The notes under the pieces: model-generated
The model's database searches: none
Told to the model about the DNA's origin: nothing
Seen by the model: only the letters and a program-made list of their open reading frames with translations
Translations under genes and position numbers: made by a program
In this document: in pieces, positions 30,101 through 39,725 of the stretch
Numbering within the stretch: position 1 is the first letter of the stretch
Layout of the letters: every line of letters begins with the position of its first letter
IMG/VR virus record: IMGVR_UViG_3300044568_003733
Span: 1-57,851 of that record
DNA from: a virus
Taxonomy: Duplodnaviria; Caudoviricetes
Strand: one strand, 5' to 3'
DNA length: 57,851 nt

Positions 30101-33100
30101 GCATATAATAATCAATTTGCAGCTGGAGGTATGGTAAGAAATTCAAAAAATAATTATGGTTTAGTAGGTCTTGGAAGAATTGGAAGGCCTCGTGGAATAA
30201 GTAGATCTTCAGGATATGATACTCCAAGAATAAGATCTAGGGACGTCAGATCTTCTGTAATAATTGGTAAAACAGAAATTCCTACAAGAGGAGCAAATAC
30301 AGCTGCAGGATTAGAAACTAGTATATTGAATTCTAATAATCCACAAATGGCAGCACAAGTTGCATCACAATATGCTTCTACTATTACAAGGGCAACACAT
30401 AATAGGGCTGGAACAATTCAGCAAAAAGATTTATCACCAGACTCTGAATTAGGAAAACTTTGGCAAAAAGCTAAACTTGGATCACTATATTCTTCAAGCG
30501 CAGTAACACACGCAACTCATGCAACAAGAGCAAGGATTGCTAGGGATGGAAGTAGATTTGTTAGTAGATATACTTATCAATATGATTCTTATGCAAATCA
30601 AAGATTAAAAACAGGGATACCAGTAAAAGATTTTATTTTATTAAATTCTAAACATAAAGGAAAATATAATGATCTTTTTGCAAGAACTGGGGTACCAAAA
30701 AAAGAATGGGCTAATTTAGAAAATAAAATAGACAAAGATTTGTTTTTAAAATATGGCAAAAACAACTCAATTATTAGTGATGATTTACCAGGTACCCTAA
30801 CACTAGAAGATAGTTTCTCACCAGTAGTTGATGGTGCTATACTAGATTATTTTGGAAAAGATCAAGTTTCTAGACAAAGGGCAAAAGGCATTATTAAAGA
30901 CCTTAAAGTCACCGACGTACTAAGAAGTAAAAAAACAACTGCTCAAGCTTTAAATTTAGGTGGAATGGTTGGAAAAGCTTTAGCTCCAAAATTTAAATCA
31001 CAATTAAATAAAAAATTAGGTATTACATGGGGACAAGGATTAGCTGGAGACGGGCTTACAAACAATCCCCCAACTTCAGGATATGGAAACCTTGCTCTTC
31101 AAATTGGAATGGGTAAAAAATTATTTGGTGGATCTGGTTTAACTCCTAGAGCACAAAACTTAATGTACGATGCTTTAGCAAGCGAACTTGAACAAACAAC
31201 TCCTGATACTTACCTAAAAGTTCAAGGTGTTAGAGGACCAAAATTAGCAAGAGCAATGGCCCCAGGCCAAACAAACGGAATGCTATTTGGTGCCGCTTCT
31301 ACCGTAGCAAGGCATCGTGGAATTAGTAAAAAAGATAGAGAAATACTTGCATTATGGTCTTCTGATCCATTTAAAAACAATTATCCAAAAGGATTGCTTA
31401 GTAAAATAACTGGAAAAATGTTTGGATATAATCGTGGCGGAATGGTTTCAATGCCACCACAAATTCCAATTCCAGCACAAAATGGACAAAAATATAACAG
31501 AGGTGGAATGGTTGGGCCAATTGGTCAAATGATTGGTGGAACTGCTGGGTGGATGGGCGGACAAGCATTAGGAACAGCAGTAGGTGGAGATATTGGTGGA
31601 ATGATTGGCGGAATAACTGGATCATTTGCAATTCCAGCATTACTATCAGGTTCTGGTAGAGCCGCAGACGATGCTACTCCAAAAGTTGGAAGATTTAAAT
31701 CTGCAATATCAGCAGTTATAGGACTTCCTGGTCCAGTAAAATTATTAGGCGGACTACTTGCAGTTGGAGCTGCAATGAAAACAATTAATGACAAAATTAA
31801 AGAACACAGAGAGACTGTAAATCTTGGATTTGGGCCAACAGAAGATGCAGCACAAAGACTAGGCATCAAATATAATTCTTTAACAGAACAATTAAAAACA
31901 TTTTCAGAGCAAACTAAATTAAGTAAGGCAAATATTGAAGAGTACTATGCCGCAACACAAAGCTCTGGTGTCCCTGGTTTAAATTTAACTATTAAGCAAT
32001 TAAAAGAATTAAAAGAAACAATTGCAAAAGATTTCCCAGACTACGTAAAGATGTTTGATGCTGCTAAACCAGATCAAGTTATTGCTAAAGCTCAACAACT
32101 AAAAGCCCAATTAATATCTGGGGGTATGGGAGCCGAAGAAGCCACTAAAAAGATTTATGCAATGATTACCGTATCTAACAAAGCCAATCAATCTATTCAA
32201 GCAATAGCAAACGAGGGATTTGTAGCAATAAAAGATAAGGCAACTGCTGCTAGCCAATCTGTAAAAACATTCAATGACTTATTAAAACAGGGTAATACAG
32301 ATCAACTCACAGCATCATTTGACACAGTAGTAAATGCTCTTCAGTCTGCAGAAAAAGCATTAATAGGAACTAAAAATGCTCAAAATAAATTAATTACTGA
32401 ATCTGAAGCATTTAATACTATATTAGAGTCTATTAAAGATAAACAACTTGGCGGAGTTCAATTAACTGAACAAGGCGTAGAAGCTCTTTCAAAACAAAAT
32501 GGAATCTTAGCATTAATACTAAATAACACTGATACTGTTGCAGGAGCATATTCAAAAATTAAACTATATCTAAGTGGTATAGATACTGATCTTAAATCAA
32601 TGAATTCTGAAATGGCTGAATTAGTTGCTAAAACAATACAATTGCAGACTCAACAATTAACTGGAGTTGGTGGAGCATATCAAAATATTTCAGATGAAAT
32701 TGCAAAATACACAAGTGCAGCTTCTTCATCTAAAATTATTGATTCACAAAAGAAAGTACAAGAAAATTTAGATAGCCAAATTAAAAAACATCAAAAAATT
32801 ATTGATCAAATTAAAGAAGAGGCAGACGCAAGAGTAAAAGCTCTAGATAGACAAAATCAATCAGAAAACTTTAATGTACAGATAAAGAAATTACAACTTC
32901 AATATCAAAATGCTTTAGCTTCTGGAGACATGTCTACTGCTGCACAAATTCAACTGGACATACAATCACTATCTGGTACTCGACAGAAAGATCTTGCAAT
33001 AAATGCAATTAGAGATAAAGAAGCAGCTGATGTAAAAGCACAAGAAAGTATTATAGAAAGTCTTAGATTAAAGGGCGAACAGTCTCAAAAAATAGTTGAT

Positions 33101-34042
33101 GCTGCTAATAAAAAGGCAGACGATGCAATGAAAAAGGCTTCAGAATTACAATCTTTATTATCAGAAATTGTTGCAGCTACAATAGATGCCAATAATGGAT
33201 TAACAGATTTAGAAAGAAAAAATGTAGCAAATTTAGATAAAAGAGCAAAAGCTTTAGGTATAGATGCCAAACTACTTCCATCTACATTTACATATGGCCA
33301 AGGAAATCCTGCAATGACTGATGTATTTGGAACTACTGGAATAGAGGGTATAGCTAAATTATCATTAGCAGATGTAATAAATGCAAATAAAGAGTTAAGA
33401 GTAAAAGACAAAGACTTATATGCTTTAATTCAAAACTCATCGCTTAATACAAGATCTGCTGTATCTCAAATAACAACAACTCCTAATCAAAGGGGTGGCA
33501 TGGTTTCTACAGTTTCAGCACAGTCTTTGGTAAGTCAAGGATATAAATTAACTCCAGGCACAGTAGTTTCTATAAATGGCACCCAGTATGTAATTTCTGG
33601 GTCTACAGATAGATCTGGACAAATTGAAGTTAAAAAGAAAGCAATGGGCGGATATATTAGAAATTATGAAATGGGATCGTTTGGTGGAGTTAGAGGCCCA
33701 GGAACTGCTACATCTGATTCAATTCCAGCCATGCTCTCAAATGGAGAATATGTATTAAGAGCCTCTGCAGTAAATGCAGTTGGCGTCCCACTACTTGATG
33801 AAATTAATAAAATGGCTATGGGCGGACTTGCTGCAAGATATGATGTTTCAAAGAAAATGGCAATGCCTTCAAATACAATGGGATATAATAGAGGTGGACC
33901 AATACAAAACTATAATGTTGGCGGACTAACAATGAATTTTGCAGATGGCGGAGAAGTAAATGGTAGAATGTTATACGAACAATTTAAGGGAGCTATGGCT
34001 CTTGACCGCCTAAAAACTGGCGGAGGGGGAAGGACAATTTAA
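27179..34042 (+). CDS. Tape measure protein, 2287 aa
   Basis: TP901-like core, long Ala/Gln-rich helices, hydrophobic Gly-rich segments, C-terminal GPGT.TSDSIPAMLSNGEYV motif; follows the chaperones. Confidence 0.93.
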   Translation: MADENIVTNIVAKADFSNLIADLNKVSFSLTKLQDQLVASNKMLAAQVGVMNRSFADTLRSTGQFSTHFVSLSSDVEKFGSQLDRGQMRLGKFFQVYRQHATSTGGLVRDLAKQQVQLQNAIMQPLGKNAQGLMQYNVHIPRGLDLVKNKSLIARQELQIMNKVVQEGANSLINWGKNTQWAGRQLTVGLTVPLAAFGKASADAFKQADEQLVRLTKVYGGVAAVSAQELGKVRADVSKTAEDLAKSYGSSFKDTIALAADIAATGKQGNDLLGSIRETTRLAVLGEVDRQDAMKATLAIQTAFKQNTEELAESINFLNAVENQTSTTLNDLVEAIPKAGPIIKGLGGSIQDLALYLTAMREGGINASEGANALKSGLASLINPTKVAKDLFNGFGISLTDIVQKNAGNTTATILELQAALETLNPLQKQQALEQLFGKFQFARMNALFENLGKQGSQTLQVLDLMKASSQELEALATRELGQVTESASGKYRRAVEGLKADLAGIGEQFLKINTSLINFVDGIIKFVQKLPDPIKQALGFMGMLTAAAGPLIMLTGVLGNFFGYIIKGAYHFKALFKGGEGWRLLTPEILAAQKAGNLVEQTFYSDAKAAAVLKQAIAGLTAEFTILQQKASSAAMSVNPAISTTAGNVIVAGPRVVNPNHPLVGKIDTRAAAHHNPRGLMNQAQRDAQTIHSVTPGSIDVNQKIGTVPQIFMAGDMPKIEGLTSSRGASTGIVAGEAAKWHALMGSLSMLSKREVATLKKEIARTGTFSEDISNTFSQLLVPMTDITTNAANRSAQIVAQLQSGKITMEAARAKIIALNTEIEAMMATATTQVATSLGRTANLTQVPLTSQAIVSNTGKANLKEIFRPGRKGKTIVDAIARALGVRTYGAGYSTETTMPKKFATGGMVVPGPRSDTTDTQFMNLIEGDVVLNRKASDALMGYNKGGRVVPAMVTPGEIIVNNPTPSEAEALLAYNNQFAAGGMVRNSKNNYGLVGLGRIGRPRGISRSSGYDTPRIRSRDVRSSVIIGKTEIPTRGANTAAGLETSILNSNNPQMAAQVASQYASTITRATHNRAGTIQQKDLSPDSELGKLWQKAKLGSLYSSSAVTHATHATRARIARDGSRFVSRYTYQYDSYANQRLKTGIPVKDFILLNSKHKGKYNDLFARTGVPKKEWANLENKIDKDLFLKYGKNNSIISDDLPGTLTLEDSFSPVVDGAILDYFGKDQVSRQRAKGIIKDLKVTDVLRSKKTTAQALNLGGMVGKALAPKFKSQLNKKLGITWGQGLAGDGLTNNPPTSGYGNLALQIGMGKKLFGGSGLTPRAQNLMYDALASELEQTTPDTYLKVQGVRGPKLARAMAPGQTNGMLFGAASTVARHRGISKKDREILALWSSDPFKNNYPKGLLSKITGKMFGYNRGGMVSMPPQIPIPAQNGQKYNRGGMVGPIGQMIGGTAGWMGGQALGTAVGGDIGGMIGGITGSFAIPALLSGSGRAADDATPKVGRFKSAISAVIGLPGPVKLLGGLLAVGAAMKTINDKIKEHRETVNLGFGPTEDAAQRLGIKYNSLTEQLKTFSEQTKLSKANIEEYYAATQSSGVPGLNLTIKQLKELKETIAKDFPDYVKMFDAAKPDQVIAKAQQLKAQLISGGMGAEEATKKIYAMITVSNKANQSIQAIANEGFVAIKDKATAASQSVKTFNDLLKQGNTDQLTASFDTVVNALQSAEKALIGTKNAQNKLITESEAFNTILESIKDKQLGGVQLTEQGVEALSKQNGILALILNNTDTVAGAYSKIKLYLSGIDTDLKSMNSEMAELVAKTIQLQTQQLTGVGGAYQNISDEIAKYTSAASSSKIIDSQKKVQENLDSQIKKHQKIIDQIKEEADARVKALDRQNQSENFNVQIKKLQLQYQNALASGDMSTAAQIQLDIQSLSGTRQKDLAINAIRDKEAADVKAQESIIESLRLKGEQSQKIVDAANKKADDAMKKASELQSLLSEIVAATIDANNGLTDLERKNVANLDKRAKALGIDAKLLPSTFTYGQGNPAMTDVFGTTGIEGIAKLSLADVINANKELRVKDKDLYALIQNSSLNTRSAVSQITTTPNQRGGMVSTVSAQSLVSQGYKLTPGTVVSINGTQYVISGSTDRSGQIEVKKKAMGGYIRNYEMGSFGGVRGPGTATSDSIPAMLSNGEYVLRASAVNAVGVPLLDEINKMAMGGLAARYDVSKKMAMPSNTMGYNRGGPIQNYNVGGLTMNFADGGEVNGRMLYEQFKGAMALDRLKTGGGGRTI

Positions 34043-34043
34043 T

Positions 34044-34712
34044 ATGGCAGCTATTTATTTACCAGTAGGCTCTTTAATATATTTAAATACTACAATTAAA
34101 CTGTCTGAACATAATCGTCAACCAGTATCTATACAGCATAATAGAATTGAAAAAACACAAAGAATGTCTAATGGAACCCTTCGTAAATTCTTTGTAGCTG
34201 ATAAAAAATCAATAAATGTGTCATGGAATATGCTTCCTTCATTTTCTACATTTACAGCAGATGGTGGATATGGCGCAGTAGATATTAAATCTTTTTATGA
34301 TGGCGTTGCGGCTAAAGCTTCTGGAGCCTTATCTGGAAGAAGTAATTTTGATGTTACATTAAGATATAGTGGTCCATCGAATATAACAAATGTTTCGGGT
34401 AACGGTACAACAATAACGTATACGGCTGCAAATAATTTTTCTACAGGAGATAAAGTTACTATTTATGGAGTAAATCCTTCTGCATATAATTTATCAAATG
34501 CCACTATAGCATCTGCATCTTCAAGCCAGTTTACAATTACAAACACTGCAACAGGTTCATTTGTTTCTGGTGGGCAAGCTTTTGAAACAGAAACATTTAA
34601 TATGATATTTACATCCTGCTCTTTTGAATTAGTTAAAAGAAATGTTAAGCAGGTTTCAGGCGACACAGCTCAGGAGTTTTGGAACGTATCTCTTTCTATG
34701 GATGAGGTATAA
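34044..34712 (+). CDS. Distal tail (Dit-like) protein with an inserted beta-rich module
   Basis: First gene after the tape measure; RM.NGTLR, W..LP, WNVSLSMDEV. Confidence 0.6.
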   Translation: MAAIYLPVGSLIYLNTTIKLSEHNRQPVSIQHNRIEKTQRMSNGTLRKFFVADKKSINVSWNMLPSFSTFTADGGYGAVDIKSFYDGVAAKASGALSGRSNFDVTLRYSGPSNITNVSGNGTTITYTAANNFSTGDKVTIYGVNPSAYNLSNATIASASSSQFTITNTATGSFVSGGQAFETETFNMIFTSCSFELVKRNVKQVSGDTAQEFWNVSLSMDEV

Positions 34713-36670
34713 TGATAACCGCATCAAATAGCTTAAAAACAGTTTTCTATAATAATACAAATATTAGAATAGATAGCGGATGTACAATAGAATATAACAT
34801 GAACACTATGTTAAATCTAGTTTCAGTTTCATATGACAGTAGCTTAGAAACACAATATCAAAGAGACCCAAGCGGAAGAATTAATATATATAAAAAACTA
34901 TTTCCAATAGATTCTATAGTTAAACCATTTAGGCCGAATGCCTCTGGAATTAAATATTTTGTGTTATTGCCTAACGATACTACCAAAGATAGCTTTTCAA
35001 ATTATAGAATTATTAGTTACCCTGGAAATCAGCCTAGGCTATATTATCCTGGAGTAACCACAGCATATAAATATTGGGTTACACCAAAAAATCAAAATGC
35101 TGATTTAACTGTAAACTATACTCCTAGTGGAACTAAGTATGCTTTAACAAATAAAATTGTAGCTACTTTTGAAAGATACCATGCCAACCCAACTAATTAT
35201 ACAATTACAATTACTAAGTCTGACAATTCAACAATTACAGTCGGTCCAACGTCTACTCCATCTGATGGAAAAGTAGTTTTATATTATAGTGGAACAGGAT
35301 GGAGTACAACAGCGTGGGCTGAACCTTTATCAATTCCTGATCCTCAATCAATTAAAAGTATTAGACTTCAAGCAACAAATCCTGGTGGTGGTAAAATTGT
35401 TGGCGTAATCGAAGTATCGGCTAGATGGGTAAAAGACTTATCCTCAGACGTAGTGTCTTTTGACATAAGCAAAGAGTCTTCTGCTTCACCAGATGACATA
35501 TTGCCAGTAGGCATATTGACATCAAACAGCTTATCAATAAACTTATCTAAGTATGACCAAACTGCTTTACAGTATATTCCATACAATACATCTTCAACAT
35601 CAATTGACTCAACCAAAACATATATGTTTAAAAACGCTGAATTAAAACCATATTTTAAAATATATCATGCAGGTGGCGCAATAACTAGTGGTTCAGATGT
35701 TTATGATAAAGTACAGCAAGGATCATTCTTTATTAATGACTGGTCAATATCTGACTATGGAGACGTATCGGTAACAGCATTAGATAGCGTAAAATACTTA
35801 ATGGAAACAATTGCACCAGATATCCTTTGCGAACAATATCCAGTAACTGCCATATTAAGAAGAGTTTTAGACTCCATTGGATTTAATAATTACAATTTTA
35901 ATTTAGCAACTACAGAAACATCAATACCATTTGTAAATTATTTTTGGACAGATGGAACTAAAACTGTATGGGAAATTATTCAAGAGTTGTGCAGAGATAT
36001 ACAAATGAATGCAGTTGTAGATGAAAATAATGTTTTACAATTTTATAGCAGAGACTATATGTATAACAGAACAACAAAAGATTGGAACTTTTTTTATGCC
36101 GCAGATTCAGAAGGCATACTTCCAAACATTATAGATTTTTCACAGAAAGAAATTCCATCTGCTAACCAAGTAAAGATACTTTGGCAGACTCCGATATCTA
36201 CGCAATATACTGGAGGATCCTCAGCTTTATGGCAATCTCAACCAACATTTTTAAGCGCTGGCGGATTAAAAACTGCAATTAGCTCTAGCGCCACAGAGCT
36301 TGAATTAGACCTATCTACAATTGATGAATATAGCAAACAGCAATCTATTTATAACTTTAATGGATACTTTTTAATAGACTCAGAAATAATAGAATTTGAA
36401 GCAATTCAATATCAGTATGTTCCAATAAATTCTAGCTCATTCGTACTTGTTTGGATATACTCTCCCGCTGATGTTAATAAATATAAAGCATTATCTAAGC
36501 CAGGATTTGAAAGTGAATTTAAACCAGAAACTGCACACTTTAAGCCAACTGGTAAATATAAAATTAAAACAAGAGGGGCACTTGGAACAACAGCAGCGTA
36601 TCATAGCTCTTCTCAGTCAACACTATCTGCTTTAAATGAATGGACTGCAAGAATGGTAACGGTAAAATAA
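34712..36670 (+). CDS. Minor tail / baseplate hub protein, N-terminal part
   Basis: Position after Dit; TVWE..QELC.......DE...LQF pattern. Confidence 0.6.
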   Translation: MITASNSLKTVFYNNTNIRIDSGCTIEYNMNTMLNLVSVSYDSSLETQYQRDPSGRINIYKKLFPIDSIVKPFRPNASGIKYFVLLPNDTTKDSFSNYRIISYPGNQPRLYYPGVTTAYKYWVTPKNQNADLTVNYTPSGTKYALTNKIVATFERYHANPTNYTITITKSDNSTITVGPTSTPSDGKVVLYYSGTGWSTTAWAEPLSIPDPQSIKSIRLQATNPGGGKIVGVIEVSARWVKDLSSDVVSFDISKESSASPDDILPVGILTSNSLSINLSKYDQTALQYIPYNTSSTSIDSTKTYMFKNAELKPYFKIYHAGGAITSGSDVYDKVQQGSFFINDWSISDYGDVSVTALDSVKYLMETIAPDILCEQYPVTAILRRVLDSIGFNNYNFNLATTETSIPFVNYFWTDGTKTVWEIIQELCRDIQMNAVVDENNVLQFYSRDYMYNRTTKDWNFFYAADSEGILPNIIDFSQKEIPSANQVKILWQTPISTQYTGGSSALWQSQPTFLSAGGLKTAISSSATELELDLSTIDEYSKQQSIYNFNGYFLIDSEIIEFEAIQYQYVPINSSSFVLVWIYSPADVNKYKALSKPGFESEFKPETAHFKPTGKYKIKTRGALGTTAAYHSSSQSTLSALNEWTARMVTVK

Positions 36671-38376
36671 TGACAAGAATACATGTTATAAATGGTGGTG
36701 GTGGAGGATCATCTACAGTTGAAATAATAAATCAGCCAGTTGTAGAACAGCTATCTGAAAGCTCTGTTAAAATAACTGTTACTTCTGTAAATATTGCTGG
36801 AACTCCAACATCATATAAATATTATTGGGAAAAATTTAATAACACCACTCTTGTATTTGATGCAGTTTCTTCTAAAACAGACGGAGCTTCAACTACCATT
36901 ACAGGACTAGTTCCATTAGGATATTATATGTTTAAGGTTGAAGCATATGACGGAGCAATAGTCAGTGCAACTAAGTATGCTTTTCATACAATGGCTGGAG
37001 CCTCTATAAATAGTCAAATGATTTCTTCAGTTGCCACCACATTAAAAGCACCATCAAAATCATATATGGAGCTTTCAGTTTCCGATGCTGAATTTAAATT
37101 AAATAAATATGCAATTGCACACAGAAGTTTTTCATCTATAGTTCCCCCATCTTACTCTACTGTTAATTTTACAGTTGGATCAAAAACTCAACCAGTAAGC
37201 GAAGCAAATTCTGTAGCGTACTATACATTTGGCGGCAGCATATTAATGAAAAATTCAATTGAAAATGCAAATGCAATAGGCGGTATTGGATTTTTTATAG
37301 ACTCATATGCAACAAAAGGATATTACATAATAATTGAAACTACAGCCTCTGCTGCATCTAAAAATAGAAAAGCAGTTAGAATTGTTAAATTTTATGGAAA
37401 TAATATTGTAAATTTAAGAGAAACTGGAACCAGAACAGAATCAACAATTGAAGGAATATATGGAGGAAGATCTTATAATATAGATGTTAAGGTAAAGGTT
37501 GAATTAAAAACTGTTACTATCGACGCTTATGTTAATGGATATAAAATTTCATATACTGACTCTACTGCAAACAACACAGCAGTCGGAAGCTTAGGATTAG
37601 TTGAAATGCTTAAAGCAACTAATCAGGTTGCTCTTTTATGTGGAAGAGGAACTGTAGCTTATGATTATGTTTATGGAAACACAATTGAAAAAACAAAATA
37701 TGACGATGCTCAATATGCATTAAATTTATATAGGGGACAATTTAATAATGATTTAATAAACACTGAGTTTGGTGATTTAATATATACAGATGTAAATGAT
37801 GAAATAGATTCAAAAGGAACTGCCGTAGACGAATTTGGAACTGTTGTAAGAGAAATAGCAAAAGCAAGCATTAAATTTGACACAAGACCTTCCTATCCAG
37901 TTCTGTGGTCAACGGGAGCAAATTCATCAGTAAGCATATTAGGACAAAAAGTTTCAAGTTTTGGAGCGGAAGCATATATTCTTAACAATTCTTCTAGCAC
38001 CGTCCCACTTGCCGATGACATAGGTAATTCATTTTATGTATACGGAAATACCTTGGGATCTTCTGGAACTTTAGAATATGTAAATAATCCAGAATCAGAA
38101 TATGCAACTGTAGAGCCAGTAATATTTGAATCTGCATGGCTACAAAATCTTTCAGATGTAAAGTCTTTAGCAGATTGGATAAAGACTAAAACTGTAAATA
38201 GAGGCAAAGTGGTAACCCTTCAAGTTTTTGGAAACCCTTTAATTTCAGTCGGAGACATAGTTTCAATAAAGTATGTCTATGAAGGTTTTGCTGGAACAGA
38301 AAGTTTAATTGTTACTAATGTAAATCAATCATATTCTGAAGGATTGGAGACTAATATCGTTTGTCGATCTTTATAG
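36670..38376 (+). CDS. Minor tail protein: FN3-like and lectin-like domains plus a hub-type C-terminus
   Basis: TAATG coupling at 36668-36672; TITGL.P...Y.F.VEA (FN3); terminal VFGNPLISVGD.V.I. Confidence 0.6.
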   Translation: MTRIHVINGGGGGSSTVEIINQPVVEQLSESSVKITVTSVNIAGTPTSYKYYWEKFNNTTLVFDAVSSKTDGASTTITGLVPLGYYMFKVEAYDGAIVSATKYAFHTMAGASINSQMISSVATTLKAPSKSYMELSVSDAEFKLNKYAIAHRSFSSIVPPSYSTVNFTVGSKTQPVSEANSVAYYTFGGSILMKNSIENANAIGGIGFFIDSYATKGYYIIIETTASAASKNRKAVRIVKFYGNNIVNLRETGTRTESTIEGIYGGRSYNIDVKVKVELKTVTIDAYVNGYKISYTDSTANNTAVGSLGLVEMLKATNQVALLCGRGTVAYDYVYGNTIEKTKYDDAQYALNLYRGQFNNDLINTEFGDLIYTDVNDEIDSKGTAVDEFGTVVREIAKASIKFDTRPSYPVLWSTGANSSVSILGQKVSSFGAEAYILNNSSSTVPLADDIGNSFYVYGNTLGSSGTLEYVNNPESEYATVEPVIFESAWLQNLSDVKSLADWIKTKTVNRGKVVTLQVFGNPLISVGDIVSIKYVYEGFAGTESLIVTNVNQSYSEGLETNIVCRSL

Positions 38377-38400
38377 AGACAAATGGTATAATAAATAATT

Positions 38401-38790
38401 ATGGTTAAAAGAATAGATAAAAAAGACATTACGGACGGCACCCCCTTGGTTCTTCCATCTGGGCACCCAGATACTGTATTTTTAAATCCAAATAACTATA
38501 TTTCAATTAAAGGAACTGTTGTAGATTACAACAAGTATCAGGTATCGAATCCGTACTCCTCACCTGGAGATCCAACACCAGATTCTGAAGCATCATTAGT
38601 TGGCTCAACTTTAACAAATCAACTAGATGTCCCACAACTTGCAGACATTGAAAGTGTTGCTTATGAACAATACTACGATTCAGTTAGCAAAATTGTAAAA
38701 TATAAAGCAATATTAAAAATAAGAAATTCTAGTAAAAATCCAAACAACGTAGCGGGGGTGGATGCAAGGATATACAATCCTAATGCATAA
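38401..38790 (+). CDS. Hypothetical tail-region protein
   Basis: ORF preceded by TGGTATAAT at 38384-38392. Confidence 0.6.
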   Translation: MVKRIDKKDITDGTPLVLPSGHPDTVFLNPNNYISIKGTVVDYNKYQVSNPYSSPGDPTPDSEASLVGSTLTNQLDVPQLADIESVAYEQYYDSVSKIVKYKAILKIRNSSKNPNNVAGVDARIYNPNA

Positions 38791-38791
38791 T

Positions 38792-39724
38792 ATGATAAAG
38801 GGTACTTATATATTTTATCAGGATGGGAAAGAAGTATTTCGATCCCCAAACGTCGTAACTAAATTTGGCAAAAGATTTATTACAAATTTTATTGCTGGAA
38901 ATATTGAAGATAACAATAAAGATATATCCGTTGGAATAGATACAACTGCTGCTACAGAAGAAGACACAAGGTTAGGTTTTGAATTTTATAGGCTGCCAGT
39001 TACATTAGGAAGCATAGATATACAAACTGATGAAAGCGGAACAACATATTCTGTAGTATATAAAACTACAATTCCACAAGATGTTGCTGGACAGATAAAC
39101 GAAATAGGACTATATCCATCAACTAGATCTTCAATTAATAATTTTGATGATAGATTTTTAGCGGACTTTGCAGATCCCCTGGACTGGGCTACTGGATCAG
39201 GAACAAATCCAGAAACGTCACCAACTGGCGCAAAAGTCGGAGACAATGTTTTAACTTTTACTTCTAACAGCACTTCAGCACAAGAGTATTTTAATAACAC
39301 AACATTAGATCTTTCTGGATACAGTGTAAATGATTCTATAAGATTAGCATATTATAAAAACAATGCTAACCTACAAAATATAATAATTAGACTTTATAGC
39401 TCAAATAGCAATTATTATAGTACAACAATTACTCCAGCTTCTGGCACTGGATATAAAATTACTTCAGATATTTTATTAAGTACATTATTTACTTCTCCAA
39501 CTGGAACTCCAGATAAAACAAATATTAATAAAATTGGAATTACTATTACCCCCACTTCTTCAAATACTACTTCGGTAGGAATGGACGGACTAAGAATTAA
39601 TGATGAAGACACATTTGACCCAGTATTTGGATTAATAAGTAGATCTGTATTGGCAACAACACTTTCAAAATCTGCAGGAAGAGCGGTAGACGTAGAATAT
39701 AAACTAGATCTGGATTTCACATAA
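38792..39724 (+). CDS. Minor tail / baseplate structural protein
   Basis: N.VT..GK..I, D..L.FE..R, INEIGLY, VEYKL; start taken at MIKG. Confidence 0.6.
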   Translation: MIKGTYIFYQDGKEVFRSPNVVTKFGKRFITNFIAGNIEDNNKDISVGIDTTAATEEDTRLGFEFYRLPVTLGSIDIQTDESGTTYSVVYKTTIPQDVAGQINEIGLYPSTRSSINNFDDRFLADFADPLDWATGSGTNPETSPTGAKVGDNVLTFTSNSTSAQEYFNNTTLDLSGYSVNDSIRLAYYKNNANLQNIIIRLYSSNSNYYSTTITPASGTGYKITSDILLSTLFTSPTGTPDKTNINKIGITITPTSSNTTSVGMDGLRINDEDTFDPVFGLISRSVLATTLSKSAGRAVDVEYKLDLDFT

Positions 39725-39725
39725 A

